A stretch of 64,000 bases of DNA, from contig JAUSIK010000008.1 of NCBI GenBank assembly GCA_030648155.1, positions 136,495 to 200,494 on the forward strand, written 5' to 3'. The notes under the pieces are model-generated. The model made no database searches. It was not told the origin of the DNA and saw nothing but the letters and a program-made list of their open reading frames with translations. Of the stretch, positions 1 to 9,984 are shown one piece after another. The stretch comes from Nanobdellota archaeon. GTDB taxonomy: Archaea > Nanobdellota > Nanobdellia > Pacearchaeales > GW2011-AR1. The stretch's first letter is position 1. The number at the start of each line of letters is the position of its first letter. The position numbers and the translations under genes were made by a program.

Positions 1-229
1 ATACTCTACCATTTAACTTATAGTGAAATTCAAAAGGTAATGAAAAATCTAAAACGTTTTTATCAAAAGTAAAAATTGTCAAGTCAATATCTGATAACTC
101 ATCTATAAACTTTCTTTTTCCTAAACCTCCAAGTAAAACTATTCCGATAACATAATTTTGTTCTTTCAGCTTTTTTAAAAATGGGTTGATTTCCTTTTCA
201 ACTTCCTTTAAAATATTTTTTGTTTTCAT
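1..229 (-). CDS. nucleotidyltransferase-domain protein (N-terminal part; gene runs off the window)
   Basis: Not in the ORF track because it is partial. Minus-strand ATG at 227-229. Translation MKTKNILKEVEKEINPFLKKLKEQNYVIGIVLLGGLGKRKFIDELSDIDLTIF... carries the Pol-beta-type minimal NTase signature (GG-x10-DxD). Confidence 0.5.
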   Translation of the reverse strand, partial: MKTKNILKEVEKEINPFLKKLKEQNYVIGIVLLGGLGKRKFIDELSDIDLTIFTFDKNVLDFSLPFEFHYKLNGRV

Positions 230-315
230 ATTCCTAATATTTGCTTTTCATCATTAATAAGACTTTCTCTAGCTCCTGCATATATTTAAAACTTCTAATT
301 CTTTATTGATAATGC

Positions 316-1134
316 ATGAATAAAAAATACCAAAAACATATTTTAACTAAAAAACAAATGAAAGATTTTAAAAGAGATGGATATATCCTTGTGAAGAATG
401 TTTTGTCTAGTAAGGAAATAAAGAACATACTTTGCGTAATTGATAAAATTTGGGAGAAGCATCATTCTAATAATTCTGATGACTATTTGCATATGTTTGA
501 TTTTTTTAATAAAGATAAAATTTTCATCAAATTATTTGATAATAAAAAGATATTACCCTTAATTCTTGGTCTTCTCGGATGGAACATTTACGTGTTTCAT
601 TCACATCTAGATATTAACATCCCTATAAATCGTGATAATCCTCCCAAACTAGCTTGGCATAGAGATAACTCTAGAATGAACTATGATTTTAGAAATGGGA
701 AGTATCCATTAATAGCAATAAAAGCGGGTTATTGGTTAAGCGACGTTTCAAAAGGAGGTCGAGGTAATTTATACGTTGTTCCAGGAAGCCACAGAGGGGA
801 TATTATAATGGGTAAGAATATAAGGAACGACAAACTACCTCGAGGGGTAGTTCCGATAAAAGCTAAATCTGGAGACGTAGTGCTTTTTGATAGTAGAATA
901 TGGCATACACGAAGTAACAATTTTTCAGAATTTACTAGAAAGGTAATATTCATTGGATATGCTTATCGTTGGCTTCGTCCAAGAGATGATGCAAAAATAC
1001 TTCCAAATTTATTAAAAAATGCAAATAATAATCAAAAACAATTGTTAAATCGCAATATAGGAAGTGATGCATATGTGCCTGAAGAGAATATATCACTCAA
1101 AAAATTATATTTAAGATTGTATGGAAAAAAATAA
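316..1134 (+). CDS. PhyH-family Fe(II)/2-oxoglutarate dioxygenase
   Basis: 272 aa. HxD facial-triad element in LAWHRDNS and a distal His in RIWHTRSNN. Length and layout are typical of phytanoyl-CoA dioxygenase-like enzymes. Confidence 0.7.
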   Translation: MNKKYQKHILTKKQMKDFKRDGYILVKNVLSSKEIKNILCVIDKIWEKHHSNNSDDYLHMFDFFNKDKIFIKLFDNKKILPLILGLLGWNIYVFHSHLDINIPINRDNPPKLAWHRDNSRMNYDFRNGKYPLIAIKAGYWLSDVSKGGRGNLYVVPGSHRGDIIMGKNIRNDKLPRGVVPIKAKSGDVVLFDSRIWHTRSNNFSEFTRKVIFIGYAYRWLRPRDDAKILPNLLKNANNNQKQLLNRNIGSDAYVPEENISLKKLYLRLYGKK

Positions 1135-1159
1135 ACTTAGACCTTTGTGTTATCGATTT

Positions 1160-2638
1160 TTAATCTTCCATTAATTTACTTAATTGAATTTTTATTTTGT
1201 TATGGGGCTGCTTTTCTATAAAAATTTTCTTCCAAATAGAATAATTAATAACGTTCCATAGTATATATCTGTTTTCTTTATCTATTGCAAACTTATACAA
1301 TTTACATTTATCAAAATAATCATAACTAATTGGAAGGATACTGTGTAAAAGTTCTCCCCACTTATCTGATATTGGACCAAAAGATCCTTTTTTCCTAATT
1401 ATTAAATTTTCTGAAAGATTATTCTTTCGTGCAAGCCACCTCAGAATAAATTTTGGTTCTGTTAATCTAGATTTCCAATTTACTTTACTCACTTCCTGAA
1501 TAAACTTTTTTTGAAAAAAAGGATAGATTATTGAAAAAGAATTGTTGTTTACACACTTTGTCCAAGAATTTATAGTATTATCAACATCTCCTTCTAGGTC
1601 AATAATAAAATCCCTATCTATTTTTTTATAACCATTCAATTTCTCTAGAAATTTCCTTTTATTTTCTTCTTTATTTATTAAGTAATCTTTTTTTAGGAAA
1701 TTTAACTTAGCAAATTTTATTTTAGGAAGATCAAGTTCTCCATTTTTATTTAAAAAATTGAATTGGTGTGCTGTTCCAAAAATTCCATCCGCTCCTTGTC
1801 CATTAACAATAATTGGATTCATTTTATCTTTTTGCTCTTTCATTAAACTATATAACAAGAGTGTTTGAATATGGCTTATTGGTTCTTCAGTAGAAAAGAT
1901 AATTTCTGGAATCATCAAGATTAATTTTCTAAAATCAAAAGAGACATAATTGGTCTTTTTGTTAAGTTCTTTTGAAGCGGAGATTGAATATTTCTTTTCT
2001 ATTAAATCTTTCTCATCAAAATCAAATCCAGTAGAAAACATATTAAATTTTACTTTCTGTTTTTTCATCAATTGACATAAAATAGAAGAATCAAGGCCAC
2101 CGCTAAAAAGTAATGTATATATCTTATTTTTATCAAAGTTTATATTTTCTTCAATAAAACTAGATAAATTGACCGGATCTCCTTGTGTATTTTGATTTTC
2201 AAATAATCTTTCTGGGATTATATCCATCTTATCTTCTAATCTAATAACTATTTTGCTCAATAAAGGTATTCTAAAAATATTCTTATAAATTGTATTTGGA
2301 GGAAGTATATATCCGTAATTTAGGAGTTCTGCAACTACTTTTTTATTTTCTTTTAGATTTATTTTATTCATTAAAAAAGATTTGATGTGGGATGAAATGA
2401 TAATTTCATTAGGTCTCACAAAATAGTAAAGAGGTAAGCCATTTTCTATATTTCTAATAATTTCAATTAAATTATTTTCTTTATCTAAGGATCCTATCAA
2501 ACTATCTTTAAACTTAAGCATAGTTTTTGTTTTATTATTTATTTCTTTTTTAAAATGACCATTAGAATAAATATAGTATCTGCCAATCTTTTCACACTTT
2601 TCATGTTGCTTTTTAGTTGTTATTTTTAATATAATCAT
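1160..2638 (-). CDS. asparagine synthetase-like adenylating enzyme lacking the glutaminase nucleophile
   Basis: 492 aa. PP-loop LLFSGGLDSS and the downstream VNGQGADGIFG block of the AsnB C-domain. The N-terminus is MIILKI (no Cys2), so no Ntn glutaminase. The start overlaps the upstream ATP-grasp gene by 26 nt. Confidence 0.7.
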   Translation of the reverse strand: MIILKITTKKQHEKCEKIGRYYIYSNGHFKKEINNKTKTMLKFKDSLIGSLDKENNLIEIIRNIENGLPLYYFVRPNEIIISSHIKSFLMNKINLKENKKVVAELLNYGYILPPNTIYKNIFRIPLLSKIVIRLEDKMDIIPERLFENQNTQGDPVNLSSFIEENINFDKNKIYTLLFSGGLDSSILCQLMKKQKVKFNMFSTGFDFDEKDLIEKKYSISASKELNKKTNYVSFDFRKLILMIPEIIFSTEEPISHIQTLLLYSLMKEQKDKMNPIIVNGQGADGIFGTAHQFNFLNKNGELDLPKIKFAKLNFLKKDYLINKEENKRKFLEKLNGYKKIDRDFIIDLEGDVDNTINSWTKCVNNNSFSIIYPFFQKKFIQEVSKVNWKSRLTEPKFILRWLARKNNLSENLIIRKKGSFGPISDKWGELLHSILPISYDYFDKCKLYKFAIDKENRYILWNVINYSIWKKIFIEKQPHNKIKIQLSKLMED

Positions 2639-3755
2639 TTGCTAAATCATAAAATTTTTTTAGTCCTCCATGTGTTCTCTGAATGATAGTTAGACCCGGA
2701 CTACTATTTCCTTCTAAAATTATTGGGCCTGTTTTTGTTAATGCAATATCCCACCCTATAAATGTTAGTGTTGGAAACAAATTTCCAGCTTTTTCTGCTA
2801 TATCTACTACTTTTTTGAAATCTTTTATTTTTTTATCTCTAAAATCAATCTTTGTTAATGGATGCAAGGCAAATTCATTCAAATCTTCATCGAATCCTTT
2901 ATTCATTAATTTGCCATTACTTAGATTTAATCCTACATAAATCCCTCCTGTGTGGGCATTATCAGTTTCAGCCTTTTTATTTCCTGCTTTAAGCATGGCA
3001 TAAATTACTTTTGCCCCTTTTCTTGGATTAAAAAAAGTCATAACTCTAAAAGTATTCAAAGAATTTGGGTGAATTTTTTTTAAGAAGTCTTCATTTTCTA
3101 ATCCTTCTTGTAAAATATAATCAGTTTTAGATATTTTAGATATATTCTCAAAACTTAATTCTTCTTCATTTCCTGAGAAATACTTTCCACCAATTTTCCT
3201 ATAGACAATAATCTCTTTTCCCCCGCTTCCACAATCTGAAGGTTTAAGAAATAATTTCTTGGTTGCCGCTTTATCTATTGCTTTTTGAAAATCAGTTTTT
3301 GATGTTATAATATGATTATTAGAATCAAAAATTACATTGTTTTGAATCTTTAATAATGTAAGGGGGAGTGGTAGATTGCCTCCCTTTAACATTATCTCAA
3401 AGATATTTTTGTTATCTAATAAAAAGTAGTTAGAATTTATTTTAGGCAATATCCTATAATAAACTACTGATTCAGGAATATATTTTAAGATATCTTTAAT
3501 AGAAAATTCTCCCCTGTACAAACCATACCTAAAATAATGATAAGGCAAAACAATCCAATAAAATGTAACAAAAAAGATTTCATAAACGATACGAAAAATG
3601 TTCTTTTTAGATTTACATCTCTTAAAAGCCGGCCAGTAAGATTCTTTAAAACGTTTATTTTGATAATAAAACCAGTACGGCCACATATAAAATCTTGATC
3701 CAAGGATTTCTATATTTTTCCGAAAAGTTTGCATCCGTTTATTAAAACTGGCCAT
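2613..3755 (-). CDS. ATP-grasp-like ligase (resembles sugar-transfer-associated ATP-grasp family)
   Basis: 380 aa. Central LKPSDCGSGGKEI, LQEGLENEDFLKKIHPNSLNTFRVMT and C-terminal IGWDIALTKTGPIILEGNSSPG match the layout I recall for ATPgrasp_ST proteins. This is recognised by eye only. Confidence 0.5.
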   Translation of the reverse strand: MASFNKRMQTFRKNIEILGSRFYMWPYWFYYQNKRFKESYWPAFKRCKSKKNIFRIVYEIFFVTFYWIVLPYHYFRYGLYRGEFSIKDILKYIPESVVYYRILPKINSNYFLLDNKNIFEIMLKGGNLPLPLTLLKIQNNVIFDSNNHIITSKTDFQKAIDKAATKKLFLKPSDCGSGGKEIIVYRKIGGKYFSGNEEELSFENISKISKTDYILQEGLENEDFLKKIHPNSLNTFRVMTFFNPRKGAKVIYAMLKAGNKKAETDNAHTGGIYVGLNLSNGKLMNKGFDEDLNEFALHPLTKIDFRDKKIKDFKKVVDIAEKAGNLFPTLTFIGWDIALTKTGPIILEGNSSPGLTIIQRTHGGLKKFYDLANDYIKNNN

Positions 3756-3787
3756 AATATTAGGTACACTACAACATTAATAAAGGT

Positions 3788-3943
3788 TTATTTATCTTTT
3801 TTACTCAGTATAATCAAGGCAATCCACTTATTTTTAATATCTTTAAGCTGTTCTGCTAATTCAGGAATAGCTAATTCATAAAAACAACATTTTATCTGCT
3901 GATGTTTTGTAATAAAGTTGTAATAAATCTCCCAACCCTTCAT
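3788..3943 (-). CDS. 51-aa ORF at the head of the ATP-grasp/AsnB-like operon (unverified)
   Basis: Hand-translated: MKGWEIYYNFITKHQQIKCCFYELAIPELAEQLKDIKNKWIALIILSKKDK*. It ends 32 nt upstream of the ATP-grasp start, and its ATG lies 2 nt from the cysS fragment. It is below the track length cutoff and may be spurious. Confidence 0.2.
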   Translation of the reverse strand: MKGWEIYYNFITKHQQIKCCFYELAIPELAEQLKDIKNKWIALIILSKKDK

Positions 3944-3945
3944 AA

Positions 3946-5148
3946 GTGCAATATAATGACTTTAAAGTAAATCAAGTTATGAATATTACTGATGTAGATG
4001 ATAAAACAATTAGAGATAGTCAAAAAGAAGGGGTTTCATTGAAAGAATTCACTGAAAGATATGCTAAAATTTTTCTAGAAGAAATGAAATTGTTAAATAT
4101 TAAATCTCCTGATAAATTACCAAGGGCAACAGACCATATAAATGAAATGGTCAATATAATAAAAAAGCTTTTACAAAAGAAGTTTGCGTACAAGGGAGAG
4201 GATGGAAGCATTTATTACAAAATATCTAAATTCAAAAAATATGGGCAACTAGCTCATTTAAAATTTGAGGGTTTGAAAGCAGGTGCAAGAGTGAAACAAG
4301 ATGAATATACAAAGGATACAGCTTCTGACTTTGCCTTATGGAAGGCATTTTCCCCAGAAGATGGGCAAGTATTTTGGGAAACAGAAATTGGTAAAGGACG
4401 TCCAGGCTGGCATATTGAATGTTCTGCAATGTCGACAAAATATCTTGGAAATAGTTTTGACATCCACACAGGAGGTATTGACTTGATATTCCCCCACCAT
4501 CAAAATGAAATAGCACAAATTGAGCCTGTAACTAAGAAAAAATTTGTTAAATATTGGATTCATAATGAATGGCTTCTTGTAGATGGAAAAAAAATGTCTA
4601 AATCTCTTAAAAATTTCTACACCCTAAATGATATTCTAAAAAAAGGATATGACCCATTGCATTTTAGATATCTATCTCTTCTAACACATTATAAAAAACC
4701 ATTAAATTTTACATTTGATAATATTGAAGCCTCTAAAACGGCCTATGAAAGAATAAAAAGAAAAATAATTGATTTAAAATCTCAAGAACATAAAGGAAAC
4801 AATTTTACAGATAAATATCAGTCTTTATTTTTAAAAGCAATAAATGACGACTTCAATACTCCGCAAGCAGTTCAGGTTTTTCTACAAGCCTTAGATGATT
4901 TTAATTTTGAGCCTAAATTAAAAATGAAACTCCTTGAAAAATTTGATGAAGTATTAGGAATTGACTTAATTAATATGCAAGATATATTTATTCCCCTTTC
5001 CACAGAAGTAGAAAAATTAATTGAAGAAAGAGAAAAGTTAAGAAAAAATAAAAAATGGGCAGAAGCAGACATAATCAGGCAAAGAATCAGAGAAAAAGGG
5101 TTTGAATTGGAAGATACTCCCCAAGGGCCAAAGGTAGTAAAAATTTAA
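3946..5148 (+). CDS. cysS: cysteinyl-tRNA synthetase, N-terminally truncated (HIGH region missing)
   Basis: Contains NITDVDDK, GRPGWHIECSAM, FPHHQNEIAQ and KMSKS. Homology starts at about residue 3. In full-length CysRS, NITD(I/V)DDK lies about 55 residues further in, after the HIGH motif. An in-frame TAA sits at 3943-3945, directly before the GTG. Confidence 0.8.
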   Translation: MQYNDFKVNQVMNITDVDDKTIRDSQKEGVSLKEFTERYAKIFLEEMKLLNIKSPDKLPRATDHINEMVNIIKKLLQKKFAYKGEDGSIYYKISKFKKYGQLAHLKFEGLKAGARVKQDEYTKDTASDFALWKAFSPEDGQVFWETEIGKGRPGWHIECSAMSTKYLGNSFDIHTGGIDLIFPHHQNEIAQIEPVTKKKFVKYWIHNEWLLVDGKKMSKSLKNFYTLNDILKKGYDPLHFRYLSLLTHYKKPLNFTFDNIEASKTAYERIKRKIIDLKSQEHKGNNFTDKYQSLFLKAINDDFNTPQAVQVFLQALDDFNFEPKLKMKLLEKFDEVLGIDLINMQDIFIPLSTEVEKLIEEREKLRKNKKWAEADIIRQRIREKGFELEDTPQGPKVVKI

Positions 5149-5162
5149 TGATTAGTCAATAT

Positions 5163-5393
5163 CTAATCTTTCCTAATTCTATATTTTATTCCATTTACCA
5201 CTCTATTCGCAATAACATCGGATAATGCATCTATCGCATATCTTTCTTCAGATGGAGAAAAAACATTAGAATCTTTAATTACCGTCTTAGCTCGATTATA
5301 AGATAATAACTCCTTCCTATAAGGAAGACATTCACTTCTTTCAAATACGTTTATTAAAAAATTTTCTATTCTTCTAGTTGATAAATTTTCCAC
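5163..5393 (-). CDS. hypothetical protein (76 aa)
   Basis: ORF only; no motif recognised. Confidence 0.3.
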   Translation of the reverse strand: MENLSTRRIENFLINVFERSECLPYRKELLSYNRAKTVIKDSNVFSPSEERYAIDALSDVIANRVVNGIKYRIRKD

Positions 5394-5550
5394 ACCATAT
5401 TATAAAAAAGTTGTTTTATAAACTTTATTCAAATGTTTTTCAATCAATTAGATGTCTATTATTTTTACCACGAATAGATAATTAAAATGAACCATCATAA
5501 AATTTAAATAGTGATAAAAGATAAAACTTAATTAATCCTAAAAAATTAAA

Positions 5551-7426
<1,876 letters not shown>

Positions 7427-7561
7427 TACTACAGTCAAGGACACTGAATTTTGAACATTTGTGCCTTAACTGTTTAGGAAAAGACATACATTTTTGCTCA
7501 ATTATTTATGTCTTTCACTATAAAAGTATAATTTTAAATAGATTAAAAATTAATATAACTT

Positions 7562-7750
7562 ATGAAAGAAAAAATATCTAAAGATGAAGAAATTGGATAT
7601 CATAAGGGTGCAATAAATACTTTAATTGCCGAAAGAAATGAGCTTCTAAAAATCGCCTCAATAACTGAAAGTCTAATTTCAGCGCATGTTAAAGAATTAG
7701 AGAAATTAGGAGTCAAAATAAAACTCCAGCAAAACGAAGCAAAACCTTAA
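7562..7750 (+). CDS. hypothetical small coiled-coil protein (62 aa)
   Basis: ORF only. Confidence 0.3.
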   Translation: MKEKISKDEEIGYHKGAINTLIAERNELLKIASITESLISAHVKELEKLGVKIKLQQNEAKP

Positions 7751-7846
7751 TTTTCAGAAAGTATTATAAACGTAAAATACCTTATTGTGTTAGAACAAAA
7801 GAGAGGCAATTATGTTGTATAATAACAATGAAAGGAGGTCGATAAA

Positions 7847-8206
7847 ATGGCAAGAGGAAATACCGGCAACGTTCTAGGAAGTTGGGCATTTCTAATAGGC
7901 CTTATCCTTGCAATAATACTTGGGGTAGGATTGATAGACAAGTCTCCAAATTGGACAATTGCATTGGTAATAATAGGCCTCATTATAGGATTGCTGAACA
8001 TTGGAGTTACAGAAACTACCCCCTTTTTAATATCGGGAGCAGTTTTGATAATAGCAAGTTCATTAGGCCAAGGGCTCTTTACAACTTTAGGAGAAGGTAC
8101 AGTGAAGAACGTGCTTGAAGGGGTCTTAAATGCTCTTCTAGCAATATTTGTCCCAGCTACTATAATAGTTGCAATCAAGAATGTCTTCTCATTAGCAAGA
8201 CGTTAA
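7847..8206 (+). CDS. small integral membrane protein (about 4 TM)
   Basis: A GGAGG sits 8 nt upstream of the ATG. Hydrophobic segments are rich in G/I/L. The antisense ORF 7810..8178 is judged to be a shadow. Confidence 0.55.
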   Translation: MARGNTGNVLGSWAFLIGLILAIILGVGLIDKSPNWTIALVIIGLIIGLLNIGVTETTPFLISGAVLIIASSLGQGLFTTLGEGTVKNVLEGVLNALLAIFVPATIIVAIKNVFSLARR

Positions 8207-8235
8207 TTTTAAATAAACTTTTTATTTTTTTATTT

Positions 8236-8751
8236 TTAATTTTTAATCGAATGCATAAAATATACCCAGTATATAGACATCAAAAAGAATAAAATATTCT
8301 TTTTTGCCGACCTGTTTAGAGATATATCTTCGTACTGATTATCATAAATTCTGCTTAATTCTAATGAGGGCAAATAAGTAACAGAATCCAAACTTTTAGC
8401 ATTCATCTCGGCCCCATTTTCCAATACATTTAATTGATAATTGGCAAACCAATATCCAAACACCCAGAAAACTTCAAATAGGACAGCCATAATACAAAAA
8501 AATCCAAATATTATAAATAAATTTATTATTCTTCTATCTATTTTTTCAACCCAAGGCCTTAATATTTCGAGTCCAAAACAAAAGCCTAAAAATAAAGAAT
8601 ATTGTAAAAATGTAACTGGTTTAACAATTTCAAATATTTCATAGCTTCTTTCTCTAGTTAAAATTAGAATAAGCATTAACAAAGAAACAATAATGAATAA
8701 AAAAAACAAACCTCTTTCCATCTTATTATAATCCATAATAAAAGAAAACAA
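8236..8751 (-). CDS. integral membrane protein (171 aa)
   Basis: Multiple hydrophobic helices; no motif recognised. Confidence 0.45.
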   Translation of the reverse strand: MFSFIMDYNKMERGLFFLFIIVSLLMLILILTRERSYEIFEIVKPVTFLQYSLFLGFCFGLEILRPWVEKIDRRIINLFIIFGFFCIMAVLFEVFWVFGYWFANYQLNVLENGAEMNAKSLDSVTYLPSLELSRIYDNQYEDISLNRSAKKNILFFLMSIYWVYFMHSIKN

Positions 8752-8829
8752 AATTTGCTTATTTAACTAGAGTGTATTTTCCCTACAACATAGAATAACC
8801 TTTATATATTAAAAAATACAAGAGATTAT

Positions 8830-9474
8830 ATGTCTATTACAAAGAGGATAAATGCTAAGTTTAAATTATGGAAAAAAGAAATATCTGACAACAAAGAGTT
8901 AATCGCCCTTTCGCTATTTTTGCTTGTGCTCTCTGTAGTTATTAATTATAATGCCGGTAAATATACGACAAATGTAGGAACTACAGTTGTGCCAGATTTT
9001 ATAATAGACAATACAAAGGCTATTGACCTAACCTGGCTTTTTGTGTATGGTTGGATGGTAATTGTTGGTATGCTTTTCATATATCCACTATTTTTTAGAA
9101 CATCTAAAATATCAGATACTATAAGCCATTTTAGCTTATTAATTATTATTAGAAGTTTTTTTATTACTTTAACGCATCTTAAAACTCCATTAGATGCAAT
9201 ACCTATAGGTTTTCCGGGAGCACTAAATTTGCTTGCTTTTCAAAACGACCTTTTCTTTTCAGGACATACTGCAGTTCCATTCTTAGGTTTCCTTTTATTT
9301 AAGAATGATAAAATACGTTACATCTTTTTAATTGCGTCTTTTGTTCTTGCTTTCACAGTTTTAATGATGCATCAGCATTATAGCATAGACGTTATAAGTG
9401 CTTATTTCATAACTTATGGGACATATAAATTAGGAAAATTCCTTTTCAAAAATCTAGAAAAAAGCAAAGACTAG
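8830..9474 (+). CDS. PAP2_C / sphingomyelin-synthase-like membrane phosphotransferase
   Basis: FFSGHTAVPF ... MHQHYSIDVISAY matches the SGHT / HYxxDV catalytic motifs of the PAP2_C family. Several TM helices. Confidence 0.5.
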   Translation: MSITKRINAKFKLWKKEISDNKELIALSLFLLVLSVVINYNAGKYTTNVGTTVVPDFIIDNTKAIDLTWLFVYGWMVIVGMLFIYPLFFRTSKISDTISHFSLLIIIRSFFITLTHLKTPLDAIPIGFPGALNLLAFQNDLFFSGHTAVPFLGFLLFKNDKIRYIFLIASFVLAFTVLMMHQHYSIDVISAYFITYGTYKLGKFLFKNLEKSKD

Positions 9475-9593
9475 TACTATTTATAATTAAATAGCAAAAC
9501 CACAAAACCAAGCAATAAACTTTTCTCTTCAACCTCTTCAGAGTTGAAGTTGCCACGGAGCTTTGCTCTGTGAGCACTCCGATTCCTACTTTA

Positions 9594-9675
9594 CGCCCAG
9601 ACCAGGAATCGAACCTGGATATCCTTGCGGATCCTGTTTTCGAGACAGGTGCAGTAACCGTTGTGCCATCTGGGC
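9594..9675 (-). tRNA. tRNA-Ser (anticodon CGA), no intron
   Basis: Hand-folded. Acceptor GCCCAGA/TCTGGGC. Anticodon arm CCTGT-CTCGAAA-ACAGG. Long variable arm ATCC-GCAA-GGAT. T arm CCAGG-TTCGATT-CCTGG. Discriminator G. Confidence 0.9.
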
Positions 9676-9867
9676 TAAAAACTAGAATAATCTTTCCTTT
9701 AAAATGTTTCTTTACAATTAAGTCCAGCTTATATCCTAAATGTTTCTCTGATCTTCCACTATTTTATTCATTCATTGAATATTTATAATAATTTAATTTA
9801 TCTAGTATTAAATATTTTATTTGTCTTTGCATATATTTCCCATCTATATCTTTGTAAAAAAATTAAA

Positions 9868-9960
9868 ATCACAAAACCCTTCGGGTTTCGTGGTTTTGTG
9901 AGAACCGGGAGAAATCGACATAACAAACTCCTGCATAATAATTGGAGATTTCTCACGAGT
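9868..9960 (+). repeat. about 90-nt structured repeat element, copy 1 (copy 2 at 46119..46207)
   Basis: ATCACAAAACCCTTCGGGTTTCGTGGTTTTGTGAGAACCGGGAGAAATCGACA...GGAGATTTCTCACGAGT aligns almost base-for-base with 46119..46207. It contains AAACCC-TTCG-GGTTT and GAGAAATC/GATTTCTC helices. It is GC-richer than its surroundings. Confidence 0.6.
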
Positions 9961-9984
9961 ATTAAGAGAATTACTGTCTAAAAA

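Noticed and set aside
4020-4563. Cluster of five short ORFs (4020..4211, 4232..4516, 4254..4469, 4301..4486, 4336..4563) overlapping cysS.
   Set aside because: All lie inside the well-supported CysRS reading frame, on the antisense strand or off-frame. They have low-complexity, Cys/Phe/Leu-rich translations typical of shadow ORFs in AT-rich DNA.
5394-5550. CIRCE/HrcA operator upstream of groES.
   Set aside because: No TTAGCACTC-N9-GAGTGCTAA-like inverted repeat is present. Only AT-rich promoter-like sequence is seen.
7810-8178. 122-aa minus-strand ORF opposite 7847..8206.
   Set aside because: The plus-strand ORF has a GGAGG 8 nt upstream of its ATG and clean TM helices. The minus-strand product looks like a mirror translation.
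9570-9981. ORFs 9570..9788 and 9775..9981 (+).
   Set aside because: The first is the antisense translation of tRNA-Ser(CGA). The second translates the GC-rich structured repeat (…KPFGFRGFVRTGRNRH…). The same applies to 46106..46321 over copy 2.
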